Below, piece by piece: positions 37,844 to 51,873 of a DNA stretch of 64,000 nt. The stretch is from Octopus sinensis (Eukaryota). Numbering within the stretch: the first letter of the stretch is position 1; each line of letters starts with the position of its first letter. The notes under the pieces were generated by a model that ran no database searches, was not told the origin of the DNA, and was given only the letters and a program-made list of their open reading frames with translations. Position numbers and translations under genes: made by a program. Location: NCBI RefSeq assembly GCF_006345805.1, contig NC_042997.1:119288001-119352000 (forward strand), written 5' to 3'.

Positions 37844-39389
37844 ATATACTGGGCGGTGTGAGTTTGTATATGTAATAGATTCTTGGATACATACATTGAG
37901 TAATGGCGTATATTCTGTAAACAGAAGGAGAAATATTAAGAACATCACAAGACGAACAACATTTCGCAATAATGTATTAACTTATATATGAGTAAAATTA
38001 TAAAATTCGTGTGCCTTAGTTCTCCTGGGAGAAATGGGTCGTGGTTTGCTTTTTCTGTAAGGACATTGAGCTGCTTGTATTTCTCCATTTTGGTTATCAT
38101 TTGGAAATAGGAAAGAAATAGAAATATATTGTCGTTGCAGTGTTCGTTGATAGTTTTTAGTTTGTGATTTATCTTTACAACATCATGAAGGGAGGTTTGT
38201 GTGAGATTTTCATCAACATACTGTCAAAAGGAGACGCATGTGTATCGTGTGTCAAGCGGCCTTCGATATAGCTGCTCTCTATATATAGGACAGCCAGAAG
38301 GTTTGACATCTTTATCGCTTTCTTAATCCCGAATTCTGTTTTCGTATGGATCCCTGATACAGAAATCATGTTTGAAATACAATGAAGTTCAGTAGTTCGT
38401 GAGTGTGCGTAAAACAGTAAACATCGATAGAATAATAAGATGTAATGCAGTCGAATTTTAGATCGACAGGGAAAACTTCGTGTAGGTTAAAACGTATATT
38501 GTAACATGCAGCACAACAATTTACATACATCGAGTTCGGCAGATGGAAAACTGTAGAATATACAATATAAAAAACGAATAAAGATGATTCATACTTAGAC
38601 TAATGAGCCTGATTTGAACTGAGACAGTACCATTTGTCTTTGACTGTATTTCAAACATAGTTCTATTTCCCTTTCTGTTACATCCCGAAATTCTTGATAC
38701 TTGAGATTATCTCCCCTGCATATTAAAACTTAGTAAAAGCTACAATGAACCATTTGTTTACTGTTCTCATAGCGGAAAGAAAATTTCAATAAAGTGAGCA
38801 TTTATTTTCTGTAATTTTTAACATTCAAATTTATTCAATTTTATCGTCGATATTCATGCCGCAGTTTACTCTGGTTTTAGAATGTTTTCTTAAAATTATG
38901 TTAATTGCTCTAGGTTATATAACTTTTACGCTTGTTGTATGCTTACATCATACAGTTGCTAGCGTCTGGCAAGAATAACCGCCGTACTGATGATGCTTAC
39001 AGAGATAGAAACTGTTTTCATTTACAGACGATACGCCTGAAACCACCTTAAAGTTACGTAAATCCTGACAGTTTCGTACACCATATGAAAATCCCTCGTA
39101 TTTATAGGTTTGTTGCAGCTGCCACTAGGCTTTATATATTTTTAAGTACACAGGAAAATATTTTTTACCGTACTTAAAACACCTATGCTCACGCTTATCA
39201 TATTCAAGTACACGTGTGTATAAGCATAAATGGACAGACACACAGAAACACACAAATACACTCACACACACACACGCGCGCACACACACATATATATATA
39301 TACATACACACACACACATATATTTTGGCGGCAAACATAGACACACAAACATATACACACACATTCATATATATATATATATATATATA

Positions 39390-39530
39390 TGTCCGTAAAC
39401 TAGCGGTTCGGCAAAAGAGACCGATAGAATAAGTACTAAATTTACAAAGAATAAGTCGTGGGGTCGATTTGCTCGACTAAAAGGCGGTGCTCCAGCATGT
39501 CCACATCTAAATTATTGAAAGAAGTAAAAG
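39390..39530 (+). mobile_element. SINE 3' fragment
   Basis: gcggttcggcaaaagagaccgatagaataagtact...ggggtcgatttgctcgactaaaaggcggtgctccagcatg. Confidence 0.8.
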
Positions 39531-40294
39531 TGTGCGTATTTGCAAGGTCTATACGAACACATCCATTTACGCTTATATCATACCATATTAGGTCTATCAA
39601 AACAAAAATAACCAATTATTTTATAGAGATATAGAAACGTAAGTGTGATAAAAAGACTGTGAGGTAGGCGTCTATGAATAAACAGTGTCGGATATAAAAT
39701 ATATAATTCGAGAGTGAATGTGTTTAAACTAAGCTTATAAATGTTAATTTGTTGTTGTCAAGACTTGCTGCTACGTAATTTACAATGATTCATCGAAAAA
39801 TATTTGTCTCTTATTTGAGATAAGAAACTATAATGCGTTGTATAAATGTGCCAATGTTTACATAAATTCTATAATCCTCTCTGACGCGCGTAAGCACGAA
39901 CACCCACGCGCGCACAGACACACGTATGAGAACATATTTTTGTGTGCATAGATATGTATATAAGTATTTACACACACACTCACACACATGTATTCTATCT
40001 TTCTCTCTCTGTCTCTCTCTGTCTCTCTCTCTGTCTCTCTCTGTCTCTCTCTGTCTCTCTCTCTCTCTATCTATCTAACTATCTGTCAGTATATTAATGT
40101 ATCTATCTATCGATCAATCGATCTGTCTGCCTGTATCTCCCTACATCCATCCATCCGTCCGTCCATCAATCCATCCATCCCTCCCTCCCTCCCTCCATCT
40201 ATCTATCTATCTATATATATATATATATATATATGTAATATATACATATATATATACACATACATATACATATATATATAAATACATATACATA

Positions 40295-40354
<60 letters not shown>

Positions 40355-41266
40355 CATATACATACATACACACACACATATGTATATAGAGATTGATAGA
40401 TAGATAGATAGATAGTTAGATAGGAATATTTGTACGTATATAAGTGTATGTATATATACATGCATTCATACATACATCATTTAACTTTTATCCAATGGCC
40501 AATCTCCATAAAGCATTATTCGAAATTTCTCGTCCGTTTTACTTTTTCTCATATATTATTTCAAGGTGAATGATTCACTCCATTTATGTTCGATCTGCCA
40601 AACGCAAACATTCGAAGCACCGTACCTGGCGTAACGATTTGAGAAGGGAAACACATTCTTTGCACAAACAATCATGCCCTTTTGCATATAGCTACTATAT
40701 TTCTGCGGTTTGCCTTTTCTCATGTCAGAAGCGATCGGGTATTAAATCAACGAACCGCGGAGTTTATGATCCAATAGATCCTTATTTGAGACGGTAAGAT
40801 GTTGTCTGATGGCAGTTTATTTGTTATTTCTACTTGTTGATCGTATCATATTGGCTCGTTCTTTAACTCAAATGAAACATTTGTATTTAGACTTGAATGT
40901 AATAAATATGGTATGTTGGTAGCTTCGAAACGTGACGACAAGGAAACATCGATGTAGAAGCATCAAGTACTACAGTATGCAGTCAAAAGTGGTTTTGTTT
41001 TGACAAGGAGAAAGCACATTGCTTAGTACGTTCCTAGATAACCATATGACATTTTGCAATGGCATACGAATATGACGACATGGATGACGGCGTCGACTCA
41101 GTTGGTGCAGATTCTGATGTTGATTATATTGATAGTGGAATTAGTGATGAAGATGAAGTTTATGGTGATGGTGATGACGATGAAAATGATGCCTATAGTG
41201 ACGGTAGTGTTAGTGTTGATGGTGATGACGACGACGACGACTACGACGACTACGACGACGAAGACA

Positions 41267-41334
<68 letters not shown>

Positions 41335-43959
41335 ATTTTTGATCGCTCAATATTATTGATTTATCAGAATGCATTGAAATACTGAAATAATAGAACTGCA
41401 TCCTCAGTAATAATGTGATGTGGCTCTTGTTGTTGCCGACGATGATAGTGATGGTGACGACTATGATAATAAACACGATAGTGATGATGATCTTTGCGAC
41501 GGCGATGGAGATGAATGAGGATGGTCTTTGCCGGAACGCTTTTCATTTTATGCCTGTTCGATCACAGCATATCAGAGAATACCAGACCACCAACATCACT
41601 ATCACTACCAACAACACTAATACCACACCACCACCACCATCTCCGCTACCAGCACCACCAACACAACCACTGCCACCGCCGCTACCAAGATCAACAACAA
41701 GGAAAGTAGCATTTTCATCACTTGTTCCAGAGACCGAGTATAATGTTCAAAGAATGTCGATAAAATTTTACAAACCCAGCAAATGGTCTTGGACCGTAGC
41801 GTTGACATTATTAGATATCTTTTTACTGTCCACTTGACAATAACGAGTTCCACGAACATCTCTTCATATTGTATTCTTTATATTGCCTTGAAATAAATAC
41901 TTCTTCGCCTTTAAAAATGAGAAAATTCTTTCTTAAATCGCTGTCCTCACAAAAAATATGTGCAATTCAAAAATTGGTACAACCTATAAAAATAATCGAC
42001 GAGATGGTCAAAGCTGGAACAAATTTTATCCGATATTTTTAGTGTCCAAATCACTTTGTTCAAGCATTAAATATGTCAAGTCATTCCCGCCTAAAATATG
42101 AGTCCTCTGGTATTCCTTCCTTGTTCATGCCTTGCACGTCCGTGATAGGTTTAAGCATTTATGCAAGAGAAGCAAGGCTTGGGGAAGTCCACGGACTCTT
42201 TCCCTTCTTCCAGAACCTGAAGGTAAAAGAAAATGAGATAAGTATTTGTTGAGGGTTGACTGAGTTAAAAACAATAACAACAAAAATAATCTAACAAACT
42301 TCAAATTTATTTAAAATGCCTGATTTGAACTCCATATTATATTTCGAGTTTAAAACATCACTCCCATATCCAGAACCAAAAAGTGCCTAATTTCTTGCCA
42401 ATACTTCCCGAAATCAGGTAGCCTCTAAACTCTGAGTAGGTCTAAAATTCCTTTAGTGTTTCTCCTGTTACGTTTTAAGTTATTCCAGTACAAACGTCGT
42501 TCCCACGTAAGAAAACGGGAAACAATATAGTGCTGGGTCTCCTTTTGAAACATATAGACGTTGTTAAATCCTTATGTATAACATATATCGGCGGTTGCTC
42601 AATCGATTCAGAAAATTGTCATAAGTCTTAACATCACCACCTGATATTTGTGTAAACCAAGCAGAAAACTCTATTGTGTTGGATGTATTTTTGTGTAGAA
42701 GTATCTAACCTGAGAACAATTTATGCAATGTCTTTCATTCTTTCTTTTCAAATGTAACATAGGCCTTGTAGATACATACAGAGATCGTCCAACAGCCGGT
42801 CCTTTCGGTTCGCAAGTTTCCTGAAAGAGTCCATTTCTCTCACCGAATGTCGGAGGCGGCTGGTATTTCCACTGGGAAAAAAAGTAGAGTACGCAGAATA
42901 CGGCATGGTTATGAGAGAAATCTTGGAGACCAGGACGAGTTGCTGAAAGCTGAACTGATGCTACAAAACAATATCATCATCGTCATCGCCGTCGTCATCA
43001 TCATCATTATCATCATTATCATCATCATCAATATCATCGCCGTCATCCTCGTTATCATCATAATTTTCAGCATAATCGACAGCATCATCATTGTCGCCAA
43101 CAGCAGTAGCACCAACAGTAGCAGCAAAAACAACTCAACAAAACCGTTCTCACTATTATTGCGGGTGTAGTTTAATTTTAATGTGCTCTTGCTTAGAAAT
43201 CAATAATAATGAGATCATCTTCACTCTTATCATCAGCGCTGATGTCATGATCAACGCCGCTGTCACCACGTCAGATACCATCACCACCTCCACCACCACC
43301 ATTACCACCGCCTTCGTGATCTTTACCGTCGTTACCATCATCATCATTGCCTTCTTCTTCATCCTTATCATCATCTTCATAGAAAGCCGTGGGAATTACG
43401 AACTGAGCATTTGGAGTAAATTATCAAACTGCTGCGTTTAATAGAAGAATAACAAAAAATGTCATCTTTTGACTTTGAATATATTTGAAGCCACTGATAT
43501 TAATCGAAAAATCTTATCTCCCGGTGTATAAATGTTGTTTATAAATACTTTGATATTTATCATCTTTTTAATATTTAGAAGCATTCAGAATCGTTAGCAC
43601 GCCGGGCAATATGTTTACTGGCATTTCGTCCGTCTTTACGAAATTTCGTCAGACTTTCCACTCTGAGTCGATAAAATAAGTAGCAGTTGATAACTGAGAA
43701 AAATATAATCTACTTAGCTACCCCTGAAATTGCTGGACTTCTGCGAAAACACAAACCAATATGTAGTAACAGTGGGGGGGGGGAGGCCCCACCCCCTTCG
43801 GTCATGATTGACCATGGGATTGCACCTAAAAATTTACTCTCCGAGTCACAAGTCCGGGCAAGGTTGTTTATGGAAGGCCAGCAGTCGCCCATGCATACCA
43901 GCCTCCTCTCAGTAAGGAGTAAATAATCAAATTCGAATAAAATCTTCTGTATATAAATA

Positions 43960-44344
43960 TGCGTGCACTCCTTCAGTTAAAACGGCAAGGATTCCAGTTG
44001 ATCCGATCAACGGAATAGCCTGCTCGTGAAATTACCGTGCAAGTGGTTGAGCACTCCACAGACAAATTTACTTTTAACGTAATTCTCGGGGAAGATTCAG
44101 CGTGACACAGAGTGTGACAAAGCTGGCCCATTGAAATACAGGGACAAAAGAAAGAGGAAGAAAGAGTGAGAGAAAGTTGTATTGAAAGAATACAGCAGGG
44201 TTCGCCACCACTCCCTGCCGGAGCATCGGGGAGCTTTAGGTATTTTCGCTCAATAAACGCTCACAACGCCCGGTTTGGGAATCGAAACTGCGATCCTATG
44301 CCCGAGAGTCCGCTGCCCTAAACACCAGGCCATTGCGCCCTCAC
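43960..44344 (-). mobile_element. tRNA-derived SINE of a third family
   Basis: Minus-strand head gtgagggcgcaatggcctggtgtttagggcagcggactctcggg...gcagtttcgattcccaaaccgg carries A/B-box-like motifs and is followed by a non-tRNA body. Confidence 0.7.
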
Positions 44345-45308
44345 TTTATATAAATATACAACATTAAAGCAGCCGAAATGAAAATACTTGTGCGTATAAT
44401 ATTTATAAAAGACACGTGTATATTAAAACCTAGGGTCTAGGCAACAACACAATCGGTCACAAGGCTGAGTGTTTCCACCTAATTTCGTCTCTTCAGTTTG
44501 CCATTCAATTGGCTAAACATTTTAAATTGTACGTATATTGTTTGAAAATCTCAATTCTAAATCAGAATTTTATATCAGCTTGGAGAAGATTTATACTACA
44601 ACTAAATAATGGATACACAGGAATTACATAATGCTGACTGTTGACACCTTAGTGCCAAATAATCTAAAGATGAGTGTTATATAGAATTTTAGGAGAATGT
44701 GTCATAAGTTTTCTAAGACTGAATAAGATTTCTAAAGAGGCGAATATTGCTAAAGAAATAGCAAAGCCAAAGAAAAGGAGAAAGAATAAATTTGAACACC
44801 TCTGTAAAGATTAAGAAATAGGTGGCATTTGGCAGTCTTCGCGGTGCTAACTTCCAAAGCGAAGATTAAGAGCATGAAAGTTCAAACTATCAAGTTGCGA
44901 AAAGGTTAGTGGTTATTCTTGTCATGCGTATAACATGTTGGAAATAAATACCCATTTCCTCAACAGGTAAATAATTTGCAAAAGGAATATTGATTTATAT
45001 TCTCAGTTGATATGTCTCACAATAGTTGCAACAAAATATTAACGAGCTGAGGGAAAGCAATACTGTAAAGATACAAGTAACGAATGCACCAATATACCTA
45101 TACGTACCCACACATACATATAGGAACATACAAAGGCAAATGTATACGCATGTACGCATGCATGTACGTGTATGAGTGTTTGTGTGTATATAGATACATT
45201 GATAGATCGATAGCGAGATCTTGGATTGTTCATGTAATCAAGTGACTCGAGCCAAAATAGTGGTCAGATACACACAGACACACACACATATACATACATA
45301 TATATACA

Positions 45309-45351
<43 letters not shown>

Positions 45352-45363
45352 TATATATATACA

Positions 45364-45468
<105 letters not shown>

Positions 45469-45483
45469 TATATACATATATTT

Positions 45484-47150
45484 GAAAGGAACTTAACTTA
45501 AGGTATAAAATAACAACCAAGAAAAATTTGAGAGAAATAAATATAGAAATCAAAAAAGTTATGGAAAATTACAATTTAACATACAGAACACACCATCTTA
45601 TACCATGTGAACCCAGGATCAATCTTAAGGACCATAAGAAAAATTTCTTAGAAAACCCCTCGGTAAGACTCATATGTCCAACTAAGTCGGACATTGGCCG
45701 ACTTACCAAATATATCTTGGACAACATTCTACCCCATATAATTCCTAATCTTCCCTTAAGTCTATGATTTAATACAGATGAAGTAATAGACTGGTTTAAA
45801 TCTCTAGATAACACTAATAGAATTTCTTTTATCCAATTTGATATTAACAATTATTATTCTAATATATCCCCCATTCTACTAAATAAATCGCATATTTTTG
45901 CTATGAATCGCTCTCTTATATCTAGAGAAGAAATTGACATAATCCTATTAGCTAGAAAAACTATCATTGAATTTGAAGGGAAATTATGGACTAGGGCGGA
46001 TACCCCTAATAATTTTGATATACCTATGGGCTCTAGTGATTCAGCTGAGATAACGAATTTAGTAGGGGCATAATTATTGAAATGCATAAATAGGGATATC
46101 CCTGAGTTACAAGGTGGTCTATATAGGGATGATGCTTTGTTTATTGTACCTAGCAATAGTAAATCAAGTATTGAAAAGATAAAAAATAAAATTAATAAAT
46201 TCTTTAAGGATTTTAACCTAGGTATTACTTACGAACATGGCACTAAGTTAATTTCCTAGATGTTACCTTAAACCTTAATTCAAAGCTACATTACTCATTT
46301 AGAAAAGAAAGCGAAATCACTAGATATGTAAATAAGTCATCTAATCATTCCCCAAGAATAATAAAATCATTAGTTAAAAATATTTCCCTAAGAATCTCTA
46401 AATTGTCATCTAATAGTGATATATTTAACTCTCACTCTGACCATTACAATACTGCATTATCCAAGGCGGGATATGATCAAGAAATTACCTTTCTCGATAA
46501 GGATAGCTCAAATCTCCCAAACAATGAAGTGAATATAAATAACGTAAACAATAATAGCTATCATACCCTACATAAAAATAGATTTATGGAGATGAAAACT
46601 CTAGTGTATAAACCAAATTATAAGAATAAAAATATAGACCAGATCATAAACAAATTTGATAATGCCAATCTAGATAAATCAAATAGACATGAAAATATGA
46701 GTAAAAAGAATAATAATTCTCGTGCGAATAATGATAACACATCTCCCTCCAACTCATACGTGAACAAAAAATATAAAAGAGAAAATATCATTTGGCTAAA
46801 TGTTCCCTTTAATTGACTGATCTTGACGAATGTGTACAGTAGATTTAAATCTATACGAGAAAAAACTTCCCAGCCTCCCATAAATATCATAAAATAATTT
46901 CTAAGAGATCGGTAAGGATTTCATATTCAACCCTCCCAAACATGTCAACCATAATAACTAGACTTAATAGTAAAAATATTAAGTTAGCCAGGAGTAGAAT
47001 GAATAGTAACAAGGATAGTAATAATAATTGTAATAATAGCATCAACAATAGAAATAACAATGATAATAATAATAATAATAACAATATTAATAACAATAAT
47101 AATAATGATAATAATAATAATATTAATAATAATAATAATAATAATAATAA
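45484..47150 (+). mobile_element. PLE #2, RT half (decayed), ending in an Asn-coding (AAT)n linker
   Basis: KDHKKNFLENPSVRLICPTKSDIG, FIQFDINNYY, IPMGSSDSAEITNLVG, GLYRDDALF, ALSKAGY, NIIWLNVPF, VRISYSTLPNMSTII, then poly-Asn. Homologous to PLE #1. It starts in (TA)n and has several stops and frameshifts. Confidence 0.88.
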
Positions 47151-50100
47151 CCGTAAATCTTTCTATGAAAATCTGACTTTTCTTTGCTTCCTCCCTGAAT
47201 ATTCAAATATAAATGTAAACATATACTTTTTATTGCAAAAACACACCTGTTCTTCTAACTGGACATACAAACATCTCTAGAAAAGTCAACTTCAACCTCC
47301 ACAATATTACCTTACACGAAATATACAAACACTTTTTATTGCAATAACACAAACGCACATGGGAAAAAAAATGATGATGCTAAGATTCTCTCTGGTCGAA
47401 CACAACTTCTCTATTCACAAACAATACAGAACACCCCTTCCTTAATTTTTCTTAAGGCTAATAGTAGTAAACATCTGAACTTTTTTTGACCCCACCAAAA
47501 AAAAAAAAAAAAAAAGATAGTAATAGTGCTGATATTCTATCTATCTATCTACACACACACACAAACCTCACCTCGGCTCTATTGTTAACCAAATATGAAA
47601 GTATCATTTGACAGGCAAGAACTCTGGCATTGAAGACAGTCAGCCAGCCAAACACCAAGCCAGCCAACGAGACAGACAGACACTACTGTGATGGTGATAA
47701 TGATAAAAAAACAAAAATAACAATAATAAGATACTGCTGTGACTACACATAAAACAATATCATTGATGATGATGGTGGTGATGATGATGGTAATGATGAT
47801 AATGATGATGGTAATGGTGGTGATAATGATGATAGTGATGGTAATGGTGAAGATAATAACAATAATAAGCCGACTACGGCTGCTATAATGGTACGATTAT
47901 AATTGTAACGGCAATGATGGCCGTCTCCCCACGAGCCAATCAAAGCTAAAAAATGATAACATTATCGTAGCACCAAATTGTTTTTGGAAACTAAAAGGAA
48001 AACTAAATCAGTATACCAAATCGCTTGTCCTATGGTTAATCTGGAAGCGCGTCCCCCAGGGAAGAGCCAGCCTGGGATCGAAAAGTCATCAACTGGCACA
48101 AACTCTTCTCCGAATACGGACATGGATGGTCACTTGAACGGGAAATCCCCCAACTCGAGCCCTCCAAGTTCACCACCACAACCACCACAGAAAGAAAAAT
48201 GTAAGCGGAACAAATGGACCCGAGAAGAGTATAAAGAAGTAATATACGCTTATTACTATGCGTTAGGTAGGCCATCTCAAGAGAGACACACCGCAAACTC
48301 TTACAGTATATGGAGAACACGGAATCAAGACAGTAGGCCCTATTTGGACGAGAACAAATTAGCAAATGTGAGGAGGGATATCTTTAGAAATAACAGACTC
48401 ACAGACAGTGAAATAAGTGCGATCAAGCACGCAACGGAAAATGACATAAATATAAGACACAAAGGAAATGAAGAATCAAATGAACAGTATAGCCCGCCAC
48501 GAGGCTTAATTGAAAGACTGCCATCTGACCAAAGTACGCAAAGGCCTGAAGATACAAGAAATTCTATTGTACCTGTTAAAGATAGCCAGGAAAACGAAAA
48601 AACAACAGTAACTGAAGATCTCGCATTTGCTGAAGAACACAGAGAGTCTATGGCAGAAATGAGGCAGAAAATTCTGAATACGCTTGAAGTTGTAAGACAT
48701 ACAAGTATGAATGATAGAGAACCGCTTCATAAACTCTCAAATACAAACCAAAATAAAAAACAAATCCAAATTGGCAACTATGTAACAAATGAAATAATAC
48801 GAGAATTAAAACCTGATTTTACTGAGTTAAATGTAATTATTTACGCTTCTGCTAGGGCAATTGAAACCAGCTGTATGCCCCCGAAAAAACAAAGAAAACA
48901 AAACCTGGGAAGAAATCAAACCTGGAGAAGTAAAATTGAAAAAGAGATTGAATTTATGAGAGGGGAAATATCAATATTAAATGAACTAATATGTGGAAAT
49001 GATGTAAGATCCAGAACAGGAAGAAAGATGAAGAGAAAATTTGGGTCCTCACCAAGAGAAGAACTGATATTAATAAAAGAATCGCTGAAACAAAAAGTCC
49101 AAGCAAAAGCCCAAAGAATACGAAGATTTGAGAAGAGAAACAAGTTTTACAAGCAAAATAAGCTGTTCACATCCAATGCCAAAAAATTCTACAGAGAAAT
49201 AGGGAAGGAGAAAGTAACCGTTAAAGACCCCCCTCCCATGGAAGAAGTTCAAAACTTTTGGGAAAGGATTTGGAGTGACAAGAAGAGATACAACATAAAT
49301 GCAGACTGGATTATACAAACTGAAGGATCCTACCAAAATTTACAACAACAAGCATGGGAAGACATCACAATAGCAGACCTAAGAAAGGCACTCACGAAGG
49401 CCCATAATTGGAAATCCCCCGGTAAAGATAGGGTGCCGAATTTCTGGCTCGCATCGCTCCCGTGCGCACACGGTAAGCTAGTTCAGCTGCTCAATGGAAT
49501 TTTGAGAGACCCAAAGAAAACACCTGAATAGTTAGCAAGTGGCATTACTTACCTACTCCCAAAGAATAACGAAACCAACCTTCCAAAAAACTATCGGCCT
49601 ATAACCTGTCTATCTACCACGTATAAAATCCTAACATCTATCCTGGCGGAGAAAACATGCATTCATGGAGAAGAACGATATTTTCCCCATTGAACAAAAA
49701 GGGTGCCGCCGAGGCTCTTACGGATGCAAAGATCAACTGCTAATCAATCGTATGATCCTTGAGAACTGTCACAACAAGCGCAGAAATCTCAGCACCGCAT
49801 GGATTGACTATAAAAAGGCCTTCGACTGTATACCGCATCCATGGATCTTGAGATCGCTGGACATCTTCAAAATTTCCCCTGTGATTTCAAACTTCCTGAA
49901 GCACAATATGTCGTTGTGGAATACGAATCTCCAATTATACCACTCTAATGGAGTACTTGCCTCAGAAAATATAAACATCAACTGTGGAATTTTTCAAGGT
50001 GACTCACTTTCACCTTTAATATTCTGCATAGCCCTAATACCCCTTACAAGTGAATTAAACAGAACAGGGTATGGGTATAAAATTGCCAATAAAAAAATAA

Positions 50101-51839
50101 GCCATCTATTTTATATGGATGACTTAAAACTTTATGGTAAAGACAATAATAAACTTGAAGGCCTATTGCGCACCGTGAAAGCATTCAGCGATGACATCGG
50201 GATGGAGTTTGGACTTGAGAAGTGTGCCAAGGCCACTTTCCAGAAAGGGAAAGGGAAGACCACAAATTCAGTCGTGTTAGATGTTGACACAGTCATAAGA
50301 GAGCTTGAGCAAGAACAGACATACAAATATTTAGGGATAAATGAAGGCTCTGGTATTCAGCATGCAAGCATGAAAGAGAAAATCAGGAAGGAATGTTATA
50401 GGAGAGTTCGTGCAGTCCTGAAATCTGAACTAAATGCACGTAACAAGGTGTTAGCTATAAATTCCTTAGCAGTTCCAGTTGTTACTTATAGCTACAATGT
50501 GTTGAACTGGAATATGAGTGAAGTAAATAATATAGATAGAAAAATACGCAAGCTGCTGAGTTGTAATAGGATGCACCACCCAAAGGCAGACGTAGATCGC
50601 CTATACCTTCCCAGAGCCCAAGGAGGTCGAGGCCTGATCCAATTTGAACTAGCTTACAAAACAACCACAATTGGACTGGCCAAATATCTCGAAATATCGA
50701 ATGACTGGATGCTAAAGCTCGTGGAAAATCACGAGAGACGAAAGAAGCTTCATTCTATCATCAAGGAAAGCAACAAATTTGCTATTGATCTTGTGCAGGA
50801 TACCCAAACTGAACAACCCGAGGGAAGTACGGCACCTATTGTTGCAAAGAAGGTGAAAATGATGGCAATGAAAAAAGCGCACGAGCAATTGGCTGATAGG
50901 TGGGAGGAGAAACCTCTGCACGGCAAATATGTGACCCGCAGCAAACAAGCTGATGTTGACCAGAAGCAAACCCATCAGTGGTTACGGAGCTCAGGGCTAA
51001 AAGCAGAGAGCGAAGGTTTCATCCTGGCTGCTCAAGACCAAAGCCTATTAACCCGGAACTACCAGGCCAATGTGATGAAAAATGGAGCAGACCCAAAATG
51101 CCGATTCTGCAACGACATGATTGAAACAGTGGACCACCTAATCTCTGGATGTAAAGTTTTAGCACCAGTGGAGTATAAATTAAGACATGACAGAGTTGGC
51201 CAATATCTCCACTGGCTAATAAGTCGGCATTACAATATCAAAACTGCCGACAAGTGGTATAATCACCACCCTGAGGCTCTAACTGAAGGAGAAAATGTAA
51301 CGATTCTGTGGGACTTTCCAGTACATACAGACCGAACCATCAAGGCCAATAAACCAGATATTGTTGTGAAAGACCAAAACAATAAAATTTGCTTATTGAT
51401 CGACATGAGCATCCCCTGTGATCATAATATCTCAGCGAAAGAGTTTGACAAGCTCAGAAAATATAAAGACCTATTCATTGAAATTGAGAAAATGTGGCAT
51501 CTCAAGGCGGTTACAATACCAGTGATCGTAGGAGCACTAGGAATGATCAAGAAGGGAACCGAAAATTATATGAGAATGATCCCTGGCTTACCATCCCTGC
51601 AAGAAGTGCAAAAGATTGTCTTAACTGGTACATCACACGTATTGAGAAGAGCATTGTCGATGTGAGAACTGTTGCTGCTCATGTATTTTAATCTAACTTT
51701 AAAAAAAAAAAAAAAAAATGAACGAACTACTGAGTTTGGTTTAATGGCCTACCAATATACACTATGAGTTTCTATGCCCTAGGAGTCGGGAAGACACTCG
51801 GCAAGAAATGGAAGAAAATTTGAAAGAAGAAAAAAAAAA

Positions 51840-51872
<33 letters not shown>
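47151..51872 (+). mobile_element. R4/Dong-like LINE, near full length (copy B); the 5' boundary could instead be about 47870
   Basis: Single long ORF: N-terminal RNKWTREEYKEVIYAYY..W..RN..KLANVRR domain, RT (YMDD), CCHC knuckle CRFCNDMIETVDHLISGC, RHDRV, and REL nuclease KPDIVV...IDMSIP. The 3' UTR ends in (AAT)n at 51842-51873. Confidence 0.93.
47978..51665 (+). pseudogene. Copy B polyprotein (N-terminal domain, RT, CCHC, REL endonuclease) with one TAG and one 2-nt frameshift
   Basis: ORFs 47978-49531 and 49665-51665. The TAG at 49529-49531 replaces Trp (PEW in copy C, PRW in copy A). Reading continues LASGITYLLPK...AEKT and then shifts frame just before the ATG at 49665. Confidence 0.9.

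Positions 51873-51873
<1 letters not shown>

Noticed and set aside
38985-39025. Hammerhead-like CTGATGA...GAAAC
   Set aside because: Stem II and stem I cannot be formed and there is no valid cleavage triplet. At best a dead remnant.
40566-40793. Plus-strand exon with good-looking acceptor and GTAAGA donor
   Set aside because: All three entry phases hit a stop. The only open frame needs an internal ATG and gives no recognisable protein.
41059-41385. Asp-rich 108-aa ORF resembling acidic biomineralisation proteins
   Set aside because: It is explained by a decaying (GAT)n microsatellite, with no signal peptide or splice support. Similar tracts occur elsewhere in the window.
47860-48090. HDV-like ribozyme at the 5' end of Dong-like copy B
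   Set aside because: Small hairpins exist (gccgactacggc; cccaggg...cctggg), but I could not assemble the nested double pseudoknot by eye.
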